This document shows positions 28,086 through 37,895 of a DNA stretch of 64,000 bases, piece by piece. The DNA is from a virus: positions 32,001-96,000 of the IMG/VR virus record IMGVR_UViG_3300033141_003979. One strand, given 5' to 3'. Within the stretch, counting starts at the first letter, position 1. Each line of letters opens with the position of its first letter. Under the pieces are notes generated by a model. The model searched no databases, was not told where the DNA came from, and saw only the letters and a program-made list of their open reading frames with translations. Position numbers and translations under genes: made by a program.

Positions 28086-28763
28086 CTAAAATTCTGAGTT
28101 AGCTTTCTTCAGGCTCTCCAGTATCATCGAAAGCCCATCCATATCCACCGTCCCTGAATCCCTCAAGGCCGTCTTGTGCCGACTAAGGAAAATTTGAGCA
28201 TCGGTCTTGGAATATCCTGATTCCCTCAAAAGCTTTTCCAGATCTCGCTCAGTCTCAGCCTGTTGTAATTGTTCCTTGAACTCCTGTTCCTTAACCGCAG
28301 TAACCTGTGCACGAAGATTGGCCCCGAATGTTACAGGACTAATTTCCCACAATTCTACTTCTTTCAAATAGTTCACCTTTTTCTTTTCGTCTACTTCACG
28401 TTGAACTGTGTCGTAGCCAATACTCAATCCCCTGAGAGCTCCTATTTTCATTAACTCAAACGTCGTATTACCATCTTGAGTTTTCATGGCAAGCTGGCCA
28501 GTGACCTTGAGCCCTCGCTTATCTTCTTTCAGCTCAGTCCATACTCCGATGGGACGACGGGCATCATGTTGATACAGCATAGCAATGCCAGTACCATTGC
28601 GCCCGCCATTATTAAGGGTCTTTAAAAAGGCTCCTGACACGATGATATCTCCATGGCTGTCTGGCTTACCACCGAACATGCTGCCATATCCTTTGAAGAT
28701 TCCAGAATCTTCAACATCATCTGCTTTCAGTTCAAAAGGGACATTCAAAATTTTCTTTTCCAT
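28086..28763 (-). CDS. HK97-family prohead protease
   Basis: GIFKGYGSMFG..DSHGDII..GAF, MLYQHD, GLSIGY, LWEISPVTFGAN. Confidence 0.95.
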   Translation of the reverse strand: MEKKILNVPFELKADDVEDSGIFKGYGSMFGGKPDSHGDIIVSGAFLKTLNNGGRNGTGIAMLYQHDARRPIGVWTELKEDKRGLKVTGQLAMKTQDGNTTFELMKIGALRGLSIGYDTVQREVDEKKKVNYLKEVELWEISPVTFGANLRAQVTAVKEQEFKEQLQQAETERDLEKLLRESGYSKTDAQIFLSRHKTALRDSGTVDMDGLSMILESLKKANSEF

Positions 28764-28810
28764 GATCTTATCCTCCCATCTTGGAGTGGGATAGGGTGAA
28801 TAGTTATTTT

Positions 28811-28918
28811 TCTAAAGCAGGGCAAAGAAAAAGGCAGCAAATATGAGAAGTATGGTCCCATACTGACCGCCTTGTATTCTTTCTTGCGTCTGCTTTAGAT
28901 TCGTCAATCCTTAGCAGA
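28811..28918 (-). promoter_or_regulatory. Structured leader upstream of the protease-capsid genes
   Basis: TCTAAAGCAG (28811-20) / CTGCTTTAGA (28890-99) with nested AAGGC/GCCTT and AGTATG/CATACT; a competing TCTGCT/AGCAGA hairpin. Confidence 0.55.
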
Positions 28919-29072
28919 ACCCTATTTATCAATTATTATATTATAGATCTATATTTCTCATCAAAATTTCTATCCCATTTTATCATTAAGCACCATAATA
29001 ATCCTATACCGATTATTATCCCCACACAAACCCCCTGTATAAAAAACATTATTTACTCACTCCTTCCCATAA

Positions 29073-29270
29073 TCAACGTTCAAAAACAATATCATTACCT
29101 TGGTTCTTTAATGGTTTTAAATGCCGATTATTGCCATAGGCAATCTCTACTGGAATCCCTTTCAAAAATGCCTTGCAATTATTAACTTCTGTCAATTCTG
29201 TTCCATCCGGCTGTATAACGCCTATATAATGTTTGCACTTTCTTGTAAAACATCTTGGTTCTGCAATCAT
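29073..29270 (-). CDS. Small Cys/His protein downstream of MuF (putative immunity/partner)
   Basis: C..KCKHY...CKAFLKGIPVEI..G...H.KP...Q..DIVFE; ATGA-coupled to muF. Confidence 0.65.
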   Translation of the reverse strand: MIAEPRCFTRKCKHYIGVIQPDGTELTEVNNCKAFLKGIPVEIAYGNNRHLKPLKNQGNDIVFER

Positions 29271-30745
29271 TTAATTTTTCCTAATAATTTCTCAAATACC
29301 TCTTCTAATTCTTTTGGCAACATTCTTCTTTTATATAATGGAGATGTAATAGCCGTAAAACATTCAGCAAGAGCCTCATTTTTATTGGATGCACTATAAA
29401 TACTTACATTATTTTCAAACCATTCTTTGGCTAAATGCTGATATTCTATTCCATCAAAAGTAGCTTTTTTATTCCAAAATTTTGTAAATCGTTTTGATAT
29501 ATTAGGAATATTTTCTAAATGGTGACTAAGTTCATGGCGCAAAGTAGTTTTAAAATCTCTACTAACAAGAAATTTTCTTTTGCCGATAAATAAAGAAGGA
29601 CTAAGTCTTTCAGTTAAATCGGGTATTGCCAATTTAATTCTATTAAATCTTGTATCATATTCACCAAGAAATCCTCTTTTTATTGATTTTTTCAATCCTC
29701 TACCTTTAAAGAAATCAATTCCTTGAATTTTTTCCTTATTTAATTGCTTTGTTAAATATGGAAATTTAATCTTTAGTCTTTCCAATTCTTCAAGAGTGGG
29801 ATTTAGTGCATTGTCAATAAAACTTTTTTCAGTTTCCCATCCATATTTTCCACCTAATTGCCCAATATTATTAATTCCTAAAGATTTAAATCTTTCTTCC
29901 GCCTCTTGAATAGTTGAAGTAGGCAGAAATCCTTCCTCCGGCTCATAAGGTTTCATCGGCTCAGACCGCCGGACAGTATGATACATTAAAACACATCGAC
30001 ACAACACAGTATTATCAGCCCCGCCGGCAGGATCGCCAGGATATTCCATCGGCATCCCGTCAACAATAAAGACAGCATCTTGGGCAATCCTATCACCATC
30101 AACATCAGCATGGGTATCTCGTGTACGTTTATCCATTGTAGCCAACCACTCTTTTTCCATCTCAACCCGAGTACTGGCCACCGCCACATCCACACTTTTA
30201 ACAGCCCCTGTATGTGTCTCGGTCGCTGCAATCACCCTCGCCCTGTAAGGAGTCGCAATCCTGCCGGTCCTGACTATCCGCTTGGCAATCTCCCGATGGC
30301 TTTCTCCCTCAGCCATTCCGTGATAGATAACATTTGCTAAAACTTTCTTTGTCGTCTTCTGCACTTTCGTAATCTGCTGAGCTGCCGTTGTATTAGCCCA
30401 ACGATTTAGCTCTGCCCAAAACTCATTTTCCGGCCCCTTGGTTTCGGGCACAACTAAACCTTTGATCTTACTGTCCTCAAAGATGCGGAAAGTCTTCTTA
30501 CTAAACACTGTTCCTGTCCTATGATATTGATTCCATAACTGTATTTCTAATCGTTCACGCTCTTTATTCACCGCATGATCAACCCCATCCAATATCCCTT
30601 GCCTAACCAGTTTGGCAGTATTCAGGTATTGCCGGTTTAGGATAGGCTTTAATCTTTTAGCGTATATATTTTCTAGTCTTACCATTTGCCTTGTCATCTC
30701 AGCGTGATAACGCCTGCGAGCTATTTTATTGGTTATGTTGATCAT
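29267..30745 (-). CDS. MuF / SPP1 gp7 minor head protein with C-terminal zincin-like domain
   Basis: RARVIAATET, KEWLATMDKRTRDTH, YPGDP...CRC; C-terminal RHELSHHLE...EALAECF. Confidence 0.85.
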   Translation of the reverse strand: MINITNKIARRRYHAEMTRQMVRLENIYAKRLKPILNRQYLNTAKLVRQGILDGVDHAVNKERERLEIQLWNQYHRTGTVFSKKTFRIFEDSKIKGLVVPETKGPENEFWAELNRWANTTAAQQITKVQKTTKKVLANVIYHGMAEGESHREIAKRIVRTGRIATPYRARVIAATETHTGAVKSVDVAVASTRVEMEKEWLATMDKRTRDTHADVDGDRIAQDAVFIVDGMPMEYPGDPAGGADNTVLCRCVLMYHTVRRSEPMKPYEPEEGFLPTSTIQEAEERFKSLGINNIGQLGGKYGWETEKSFIDNALNPTLEELERLKIKFPYLTKQLNKEKIQGIDFFKGRGLKKSIKRGFLGEYDTRFNRIKLAIPDLTERLSPSLFIGKRKFLVSRDFKTTLRHELSHHLENIPNISKRFTKFWNKKATFDGIEYQHLAKEWFENNVSIYSASNKNEALAECFTAITSPLYKRRMLPKELEEVFEKLLGKIK

Positions 30746-32151
30746 TCTTGATTAGCTTTATCCAACTCTTCCTGCACTAACCAAGCTGGAGTCGGCACCC
30801 CAAGCATATCCTCAATCTCTTCAACATTATACCCTTGATCCAATAATTGCCGGTATGTCTTTTTCTCCTCTTCCTCTTCCTCAATTTCTTCCTCCTCTTC
30901 CTCTTCAATCCCCGCCGCTTCAATAGGAATTTTCGATGCCTCGATAAATATCATCGACCCAGGATCATCCGAAGGCTCATACTTATCTTTACCCACCAGC
31001 TCTCTCTTTTCATCCAATGTCAAAAAGTCTGAAGTCCGTGCCCGATCCCATAACATATCCCGTTTGACTGCCAAGGCAGGTACATCGTCTAATATATAAT
31101 CAAGAAACATCTCACTATCTTTTTCAAATAACCAATTATTCAATTCTCCTTTCAGATAATTGAGCCAGAAGAAAATGGTGTTTTCCCAGAAGGCCAACCT
31201 CGCCTCTTTGTAATTAGCAAATGTTGCCTCACCTGGAATACCTATTAGCATCGGTGGCACCCCATATCCCATTGCAATCTTACGCATCAAGCGGTGGTCA
31301 CCCTCATTGAAATCCAAATCCGCCGGAGTCCACCCATAAGGGGTTACCGTAGTTCCTTTATCCCCTGTAATGATAATGTCCCTTCCAACATTCTCAGGCC
31401 CAGCCCTCTCCTCAAGAGTCCTCTCAAGGCTATCAAACTGATCTACCCCTAACTGCCCAACTAAGGTATAAACCATTCCTGGCCGACCCTGCTGATCGAT
31501 CAAGGACTTATTCCATTGTGTCGCTGCATTGCTTGTATCAACCTCCCTTGCTGCGGCCTCAGTCGCCGCCGCTCCCCACCAATCATCTAATGGGTGAAAT
31601 GTTTTCAGATGTAATATATCACTCTGTAAAGTTACAGGGTCAACTTCATACTCAACTTTCCTTCCCTGAACCTTATATATGTACTTACCAACCTGCCCTG
31701 TCACAGAATTAGTTCCTATCTCAAACCTATCCGGCCTCAAGGTATACAATTCACGAAGTTGTCCACTATTCGGACCTGTCCCCAATTTAATCCGTTCCAA
31801 AAAACCATTGCCACTCATAACCAAAAAAGCCGCAGCCCTGAGAATCACATACTCCAAGCTCTCAGTCGGGTTTGGTCTCTTCAATACCTCCACTACATCT
31901 CCTTCTTGCTCTTCCTCCCGGCCACCACCAGAAAGCTTCCGAAACTGCTTCCAAGGGACTGACGCCACGCTTTGTGCCACTTCCCTTATAGCCGTAAAGG
32001 CCGTGACGTTCTTGAGATAGGTCTCCTTGGCAAAGTTATCATATCCCTTCGGGGTCCATATTGTTCCGCCAGAGCCGGGAGCCCTAATCAATGCAGCAGT
32101 GCGACTATCCTTCCTGCTAAATATACTTTTTGCTTTCTGCCATATATTCAT
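30742..32151 (-). CDS. Portal protein, HK97 family
   Basis: LKRPNP, LYTLRPDR, ILHLKTFHPLDDWWG, IAMGYGVPPMLIG...ATFANYKEARLAFW, LTLDEKRELVG. Confidence 0.95.
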   Translation of the reverse strand: MNIWQKAKSIFSRKDSRTAALIRAPGSGGTIWTPKGYDNFAKETYLKNVTAFTAIREVAQSVASVPWKQFRKLSGGGREEEQEGDVVEVLKRPNPTESLEYVILRAAAFLVMSGNGFLERIKLGTGPNSGQLRELYTLRPDRFEIGTNSVTGQVGKYIYKVQGRKVEYEVDPVTLQSDILHLKTFHPLDDWWGAAATEAAAREVDTSNAATQWNKSLIDQQGRPGMVYTLVGQLGVDQFDSLERTLEERAGPENVGRDIIITGDKGTTVTPYGWTPADLDFNEGDHRLMRKIAMGYGVPPMLIGIPGEATFANYKEARLAFWENTIFFWLNYLKGELNNWLFEKDSEMFLDYILDDVPALAVKRDMLWDRARTSDFLTLDEKRELVGKDKYEPSDDPGSMIFIEASKIPIEAAGIEEEEEEEIEEEEEEKKTYRQLLDQGYNVEEIEDMLGVPTPAWLVQEELDKANQE

Positions 32152-32339
32152 TTCGCATCTTCTTCAGTCTTCTTAAAATAGAATACCAGTGCAGTACCTA
32201 ATGACCCAATCAAGGCCCCGATTACTGTGGCCTGTACTTCTTCCTTAGTTGTAAATGCCATAACCCCAACTATTCCAACTAGTGATAATGTAGTAACAGT
32301 CCTAGTTACTGCTTGTAGCATTTCTTTACTCATTGTCAT
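32148..32339 (-). CDS. Small 2-TM protein, holin candidate
   Basis: Two hydrophobic segments and a charged C-terminus, close to the endolysin candidates. Confidence 0.5.
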   Translation of the reverse strand: MTMSKEMLQAVTRTVTTLSLVGIVGVMAFTTKEEVQATVIGALIGSLGTALVFYFKKTEEDAK

Positions 32340-32348
32340 TTTATTCTC

Positions 32349-32867
32349 CTATAATATCTTTACTTGAGGCAATGTCGCCCCAAGACTGTCCATTTCACCA
32401 GGCTGTTTGGCTTGCCTCTCAGACGGAATAACATCATTATCTTCCCAACATATCTGCCCAAATTCTGAACAGAACAATTCCCTTGCATCTGTTGAAACCC
32501 TCATAACCGCCTGTTTAACCAAAGACCATTTATCATAACCAACCCCTACATAGGACAATGCTGACCCGCCAATCCCAAAACGTTTACTATTATGCTCAGG
32601 TTTAAGGGAATGCCAATAACAAGTTCCTCTATGGTTTCTAAGGCGTTCTGAAAGCGCGCGTAATACAATTCCCGGCCTTAGAGCTTCAAGTGTGAATATC
32701 CGGTTTTCATCATACTGCCTAAAGCGAATGACAAGCCCAAAATGATTAACCGGATAGCCAGTAACTATCTGAATGGTCTTGCCAAGAATAGTTTTACTGC
32801 CCCAAGTAAGCCCATCTCCAGTTTCTAAAAAATGGCGTCTTTCATAATATAGGTCGAGTTTACCCAC
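32349..32867 (-). CDS. Permuted papain-like (NlpC/P60, YiiX-like) protein
   Basis: TGD...NHFGL...YD...LFCSEF, with His before Cys. Confidence 0.7.
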   Translation of the reverse strand: MGKLDLYYERRHFLETGDGLTWGSKTILGKTIQIVTGYPVNHFGLVIRFRQYDENRIFTLEALRPGIVLRALSERLRNHRGTCYWHSLKPEHNSKRFGIGGSALSYVGVGYDKWSLVKQAVMRVSTDARELFCSEFGQICWEDNDVIPSERQAKQPGEMDSLGATLPQVKIL

Positions 32868-32869
32868 TT

Positions 32870-33304
32870 CTACCCTTCTACTACTGTGACTATAAAGTTT
32901 ATCGTAGCCCCAGGGGGTTCGAAATCAATTGTTGTAGTGCACACATTCCCTTCTATATCTCCATAGCACCAATCAGAGCTATTAGCGCTTGTATCCATCG
33001 CCTTTATTCTGAACCAGTATTGAACTTCCTGATCATCAGGAGAAGAGAAAGTCTGTTCAGATATATATTCGGTTATCCCATTATTATAGGCTATCTCAAA
33101 GAAGGGTTGCCAATCTGTCGCCTCTTCACCACCGGTCACAGAAGATTCAAGGACAAACTTGTCCAGATCATCCTCAAGTACTTCCTTCTGCCAAGACAAT
33201 TCAATCTGTTTTTCCCCAGCGAATGATGCACTACCAACCACAAACCAAACCGACAAACAAAACGCCAGGCACGACCCCCATACAAACAACTTCCCCCAAT
33301 TCAT
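32870..33304 (-). CDS. Secreted FnIII-like protein
   Basis: N-terminal hydrophobic signal; LSWQ...YWFRIKAMDTSANSSD. Confidence 0.6.
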   Translation of the reverse strand: MNWGKLFVWGSCLAFCLSVWFVVGSASFAGEKQIELSWQKEVLEDDLDKFVLESSVTGGEEATDWQPFFEIAYNNGITEYISEQTFSSPDDQEVQYWFRIKAMDTSANSSDWCYGDIEGNVCTTTIDFEPPGATINFIVTVVEG

Positions 33305-33921
33305 ACCTTAACCCTCCTTTTCGTTTCGTCCCTTGACTGCAAATGAAAATGTGGTCCGAAGTCTTTCAAAAACCCTCCACCAGCCCCACACTTAATACAA
33401 GTTGTCGAGCCGGTAATTCCAATGCCGGGGTCAATCTCAAATTTCCTCTCGCATTTCTCGCATCTAACCGTTCGATGGTACGTGCATACCTGATATGACT
33501 GATCCGTTTTTGGATTGATCTTCCCATAATCCCACTCTCGGTTAAAATCATTCTCGACAATCCGAGGATTAGAAAATTCAGTACTCCTCAAATCAGCGCC
33601 CCTCATCTTTGGAAGGGCCCCATGAATCCCTTTATCTCCTTTCCTATGCCCAGAAGTAAAGACAATCTGCTCTGGCCAACGCTTTAATCCCCAAAAAATA
33701 ACCTCTTTTAACATCGGATGCCAAGAAATCACAATCAATTCTGCTAATACAACTTCATTCTTGGCACAAATCAAAGAAGTACGATCAGGAAAACGATTCG
33801 CGACATCATCAATCCTGACAATAGCCTTCTCCATCTGACGTCTTGCTAATGATAAATCAGTTAAGGCATGTCTCAGCTCATGTTGCCCTTCATTTCGTGT
33901 CATTTTAGTTTCCGATGTCAT
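33301..33921 (-). CDS. M15/Hedgehog-fold Zn peptidase (endolysin candidate) with Zn-ribbon insertion
   Basis: FTSGHR...GIHG...RGADLRS...HFHLQ, with CEKC...CIKC inserted. Confidence 0.65.
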   Translation of the reverse strand: MTSETKMTRNEGQHELRHALTDLSLARRQMEKAIVRIDDVANRFPDRTSLICAKNEVVLAELIVISWHPMLKEVIFWGLKRWPEQIVFTSGHRKGDKGIHGALPKMRGADLRSTEFSNPRIVENDFNREWDYGKINPKTDQSYQVCTYHRTVRCEKCERKFEIDPGIGITGSTTCIKCGAGGGFLKDFGPHFHLQSRDETKRRVKV

Positions 33922-33930
33922 TTCGTGTCA

Positions 33931-34212
33931 TTATCCCAGCAAGACTTTCAATTCAGCGATCCATCTACGGTACTGGTCATACTGAAACTGAGGCATCAGC
34001 CCCTGACAACTTAAAGCATTGGGTCGTATGTCCGAACACCCATACTGATCTTCGATTTGCCATATCCACTTCTGGAGAACGTCTACTCTATATTCCTGTC
34101 TGAATCCAACAAACTCAGATCGAGGGGTAAACCACTGATATGCAGCAATTGGGGCTCCACCGAATACAACTAAACTAGCAATTATTGCCATCACTATTTG
34201 AAATCTCTTCAT
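33931..34212 (-). CDS. Small 1-TM protein
   Basis: N-terminal hydrophobic helix; lysis-region context. Confidence 0.55.
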   Translation of the reverse strand: MKRFQIVMAIIASLVVFGGAPIAAYQWFTPRSEFVGFRQEYRVDVLQKWIWQIEDQYGCSDIRPNALSCQGLMPQFQYDQYRRWIAELKVLLG

Positions 34213-34225
34213 CCCACTATCCTCA

Positions 34226-34534
34226 TTAATTCTCTAGCACATCAGCCAGTTTAATCCCCAAAGCCTTCTCATATTGAAGAATTTTTTCCTGCAATCCTTT
34301 CCCATTAGCAATATCTGACATAACCAAATTTCCAAGAGTCAATCTCTTAGAAATCTTTTCTAAAACCACAAAAATCCTTTCTTCAGATTCTTTCCGGGCT
34401 CTCATACAGGCCTCCGCAGCATCGTTAGTTCTGTATTTTCCTTCCATTTGATAAGTATCCCACAATTTAACTACAAAAGCAGTAATACTCCCTGTAACAA
34501 CTGTTGCAAGCATTACACATTGATAAGTCTCCAT
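34226..34534 (-). CDS. Small 1-TM coiled-coil protein (holin-like)
   Basis: N-terminal TM segment with a helical tail. Confidence 0.5.
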   Translation of the reverse strand: METYQCVMLATVVTGSITAFVVKLWDTYQMEGKYRTNDAAEACMRARKESEERIFVVLEKISKRLTLGNLVMSDIANGKGLQEKILQYEKALGIKLADVLEN

Positions 34535-34592
34535 CTTCTAGCACCCTCCATTTCGCTCCATGTTTTCAACTTTTAATAAGAAGATGTTTCAA

Positions 34593-35822
34593 TTATATCA
34601 CCTGTAATTCCAACCAGACAACCGTACTGTTTCCACCGGATTCGCACTTGGCTTCGGCGACTATTTGTGTCCCTTTATTAAAAATGTGATCAGTGGCAGT
34701 TGGGGCAACCGATGCTGATCTTTTTTGTGCATTTACTTCTCCTTCAATAGAGATATCATCAAACCATGTTAGGCCACCATCAGCACTTAAATGTATTCTG
34801 AATTTTTCGGCGGCATTGGCTTCAACAATCGTGGCAACAATCTTAAATGGCTTGGTAGCTGTTAGTGCAGCCCTTATCTCAACGGGGGCGGCGGTCCATG
34901 CATCTCCAGCTCCACCAGTTGCAACAGTAACCCCTGTAAAATTATCAGGTTCCAAGGTTACATCAAGTTCACCACCTATATTATTCCATGTGGAATCACC
35001 GATATCATCAAGAACATTATTGGTATTATGATGAAAAAGAATATGATCAAAAAGATGTTCATTTCCAGCATCAATATCTATGCCTGTAGCACAATCACCG
35101 ATATCAATAACTTCAAAATGATTATAATCAGAAAGGGCATCATCAATATGAATTCCAGTCAAGCACTTGTGAAGATGCATATGCCTAAACTCATTAACCC
35201 TAGATTTATCTATATGAAGCCCCTTGGTATGGGTAACATGACCAATTACCTGAATGTCATCTATAATTCCGCCCTGAGTCATGCCACCAGAACCATCAAT
35301 GTGAATTGCGGTCACGGCCCCATTTACCCCTTCAGAGTTAAACCCACATTTTCTGATCCTAAAACCATGATTTGTGAAGACAATACCATCACAATTATTA
35401 GTGCTGTCCTGAAATATCGCCAAGTTTGTAAGTGATATTTTACCCGTGAACTTCATTACGGATGTTGCGCCGCCATCTGAATTTTTAATTGGAGACCATA
35501 ATCTATGCGGCCCAACAATTTCATAATTGCCTGCCCATGTCGGATCGCCAACCGCATCAATATCATAAAATCCGGCGATAGGAGCAAGGAGAATCAAGGT
35601 CAAATCATTGGCATCTGTACTAGCCGCATCTAGGGCATCTTGAATTGTTGTAAAAGCCTTATCCCATGTCGACCCATCTGTACCATTTCCATCTGGTGAA
35701 ACATGAAGTTTAGAGGTTATTGATCGACCAGTAACAGCCCCACCTGCTACAGATACCAACTCTTTAGTATTGATCCATGTATCTGTTATCGGTTGGGCTT
35801 GTGCATCAACTATTAATGGCAT
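34593..35822 (-). CDS. Right-handed beta-helix (pectate-lyase-like) spike protein
   Basis: HVSPDGNGTDGSTWDKAFTTIQDALDAA cap motif and repeated TGIHID/TGIDID rungs. Confidence 0.7.
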   Translation of the reverse strand: MPLIVDAQAQPITDTWINTKELVSVAGGAVTGRSITSKLHVSPDGNGTDGSTWDKAFTTIQDALDAASTDANDLTLILLAPIAGFYDIDAVGDPTWAGNYEIVGPHRLWSPIKNSDGGATSVMKFTGKISLTNLAIFQDSTNNCDGIVFTNHGFRIRKCGFNSEGVNGAVTAIHIDGSGGMTQGGIIDDIQVIGHVTHTKGLHIDKSRVNEFRHMHLHKCLTGIHIDDALSDYNHFEVIDIGDCATGIDIDAGNEHLFDHILFHHNTNNVLDDIGDSTWNNIGGELDVTLEPDNFTGVTVATGGAGDAWTAAPVEIRAALTATKPFKIVATIVEANAAEKFRIHLSADGGLTWFDDISIEGEVNAQKRSASVAPTATDHIFNKGTQIVAEAKCESGGNSTVVWLELQVI

Positions 35823-35830
35823 AATTTATC

Positions 35831-36217
35831 TCAAATCCTCACAGCCACATACTTAGCCATAATTTCACCCATCTTACCAGGAGCACGTCTTCCAAGAAAA
35901 TTGTCAAACACTGCATGCCCTAACTCATGCGCTAACACTTTATTTTTCCCATCTCGAATGCATAGATGTACCGTTTTATTATAGTGAGAGTAATAGCCTT
36001 TCGGGCGAAGCATGTGAACCCTACGATGTAGTCTTATTTTGAGGCCCTTCATAGATGGGCAATCCAGAAGAGTCTGCACCCGCACAAACAATTTATCAAC
36101 TCTATCTTCAACTGGAAGCTTTCTGAAAAGTCGATTTCCATAGGTAATCCTCCTAGACCAAATAAGGAGTTCTTCCTCCTCGTAATGAATTTCAGTATAT
36201 TTAGTCCTTAGTATCAT
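35831..36217 (-). CDS. HExxH metallopeptidase-like protein
   Basis: GYYSH....VHL...VLAHELGHAVFD...E.MA.YV. Confidence 0.6.
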   Translation of the reverse strand: MILRTKYTEIHYEEEELLIWSRRITYGNRLFRKLPVEDRVDKLFVRVQTLLDCPSMKGLKIRLHRRVHMLRPKGYYSHYNKTVHLCIRDGKNKVLAHELGHAVFDNFLGRRAPGKMGEIMAKYVAVRI

Positions 36218-36223
36218 TATTCC

Positions 36224-36412
36224 TTACCATTCTTCATCTTCTTCAATTGACTTACTAGGACTAGCAGAAGGACTAACCCCCTCATTCTTAGCCAATAAAG
36301 GCTTATCTAGTTGCTTAGGTGACTGACTCAATGCCCCTTTTACCAATGTTGGCCCCAAGGCGACTGTCCCAACTAACAATGGAAACTTCTTTAAAAAATC
36401 TCTTCTTTTCAT
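36224..36412 (-). CDS. Small twin-arginine-signal peptide with SPSASPS motif
   Basis: MKRRDFLKK plus a hydrophobic core; VSPSASPSKS. Confidence 0.5.
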   Translation of the reverse strand: MKRRDFLKKFPLLVGTVALGPTLVKGALSQSPKQLDKPLLAKNEGVSPSASPSKSIEEDEEW

Positions 36413-36419
36413 TTCTTTC

Positions 36420-37169
36420 CTATACTCCAAACCAAGAACGTTCTCTTGCAAACATATTTTGCCATTCCAGCGGGGGCAAGGAACGATCCCAAATTCTCGG
36501 CCTATACATCAACCCCTTATACCAGTTGGCATCTTTAGTAAATCGGCATCCTATCACTAAATCACGATTACATGTATCAGGATCAAGCATCCCAGAGGTC
36601 TCATAAGCTACTGTCAACTCAGCTCCATTCCGATAATGCTTAGGATAAATACTACCCCCCTTTCGAGAAATGCCAAGGAGGCACCACTGACCAGGTGCCC
36701 AGCCAATGGAAAAACAATTGCTATTCAAATTCGGAGTTAGGCTTGCATGATGGTGTCTTTGAGAAAGGGTATTCCTCCCTCCGCTAATATCAAAATAAAT
36801 CTCCCATCCATCAAGATCAACTCCATATCGCCCTATCACTATCGAAGAATAGCCATTCCAAGTCCACTTTACCCAACAACCAAGGCTGAAAGCCCCTGTA
36901 GTAAAATCGAGATCGGCGGTATCGGCAGCAGCGGCATCAAGATAAACCCCGGCAACTGCCCCACCACCTGTTGTGACAAATTCCAATGCCATGAGTCCTG
37001 TGCCTAAAGTAGTCCAAATAAATGAACCGGTGCCAGGGTCGTGCATTCCTATCGGACGATGATGAGGCTTCGCATGATCAAAGGTTTCCATCCCTGAACC
37101 TTCACGATAAGGCAGATCCAGTAAGATCGAATCATTCTCAGGAACTTTATCGTAGCTTCGTGCAATCAT
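36420..37169 (-). CDS. LamG/concanavalin-like domain virion protein
   Basis: FSLGCWVK...GQW...YRNG...LVIG...YKGLMYRPRIWDRSL. Confidence 0.75.
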   Translation of the reverse strand: MIARSYDKVPENDSILLDLPYREGSGMETFDHAKPHHRPIGMHDPGTGSFIWTTLGTGLMALEFVTTGGGAVAGVYLDAAAADTADLDFTTGAFSLGCWVKWTWNGYSSIVIGRYGVDLDGWEIYFDISGGRNTLSQRHHHASLTPNLNSNCFSIGWAPGQWCLLGISRKGGSIYPKHYRNGAELTVAYETSGMLDPDTCNRDLVIGCRFTKDANWYKGLMYRPRIWDRSLPPLEWQNMFARERSWFGV

Positions 37170-37579
37170 ATCTTATATGTCATTTCCCACTCGTAGGCTC
37201 TGTTCGCCCCACCAGTCTTCTCAATCGTAATCTGAACCCCATACCGATTATCTTTAAGATCAATATTTAATAACAAAGGATCTATCGCGCCCGCATGTGT
37301 GTCCTCAATCTCCATAACCATTGCCCCACCGGACTCAACACGATAATAAATCCGAACTACTATAGTTTCACCCGCCGTATGATTGGTACAATCCAACTTC
37401 AACATTCTTGGAGAGTAAAGGGCAGAGGGGGCATTGTTGAGATAGATATCCTGCTCAGTGCCATCAGTGGTAACTGTCCCCCCAGTCTCCGTCAAAGTCA
37501 AAATCGATGATGCCAAACTAGTAAGGGAAGCAGCAAGATTTGCATAAGTTTGTTCTACGGTATCAATTTGTAATGTCAT
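37166..37579 (-). CDS. Hypothetical beta-sandwich virion protein
   Basis: 137-aa operonic ORF, beta-rich. Confidence 0.6.
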   Translation of the reverse strand: MTLQIDTVEQTYANLAASLTSLASSILTLTETGGTVTTDGTEQDIYLNNAPSALYSPRMLKLDCTNHTAGETIVVRIYYRVESGGAMVMEIEDTHAGAIDPLLLNIDLKDNRYGVQITIEKTGGANRAYEWEMTYKI

Positions 37580-37893
37580 CCTCTACCCTCCCCAAAAAAT
37601 ATTTCCTGCCTCTTTTCCATAACCTTTTTTATAAATCCAGATCTTATTTTGAAATGCTCAGAACAACCATCTACAAATTTCAGCCAGTTATATCCGATTA
37701 AAAAGCAAAACCCCTCTAATTCGTATTCATCCTCTACGAAATCAAGTGGACTCAAAGATACATCCCATGTCCCTTTATCGCATACGATTGACAAAATTCG
37801 CATTGCTGCATATTCCATCTCTGTTTTTCCAAATACAGAAGCTAAATTATCTGGAACATAAGTCGGAACAGGATGTATAGATTTTACATTCAC
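37576..37893 (-). CDS. Hypothetical protein
   Basis: ATGA-coupled ORF. Confidence 0.55.
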   Translation of the reverse strand: MNVKSIHPVPTYVPDNLASVFGKTEMEYAAMRILSIVCDKGTWDVSLSPLDFVEDEYELEGFCFLIGYNWLKFVDGCSEHFKIRSGFIKKVMEKRQEIFFGEGRG

Positions 37894-37895
37894 TC

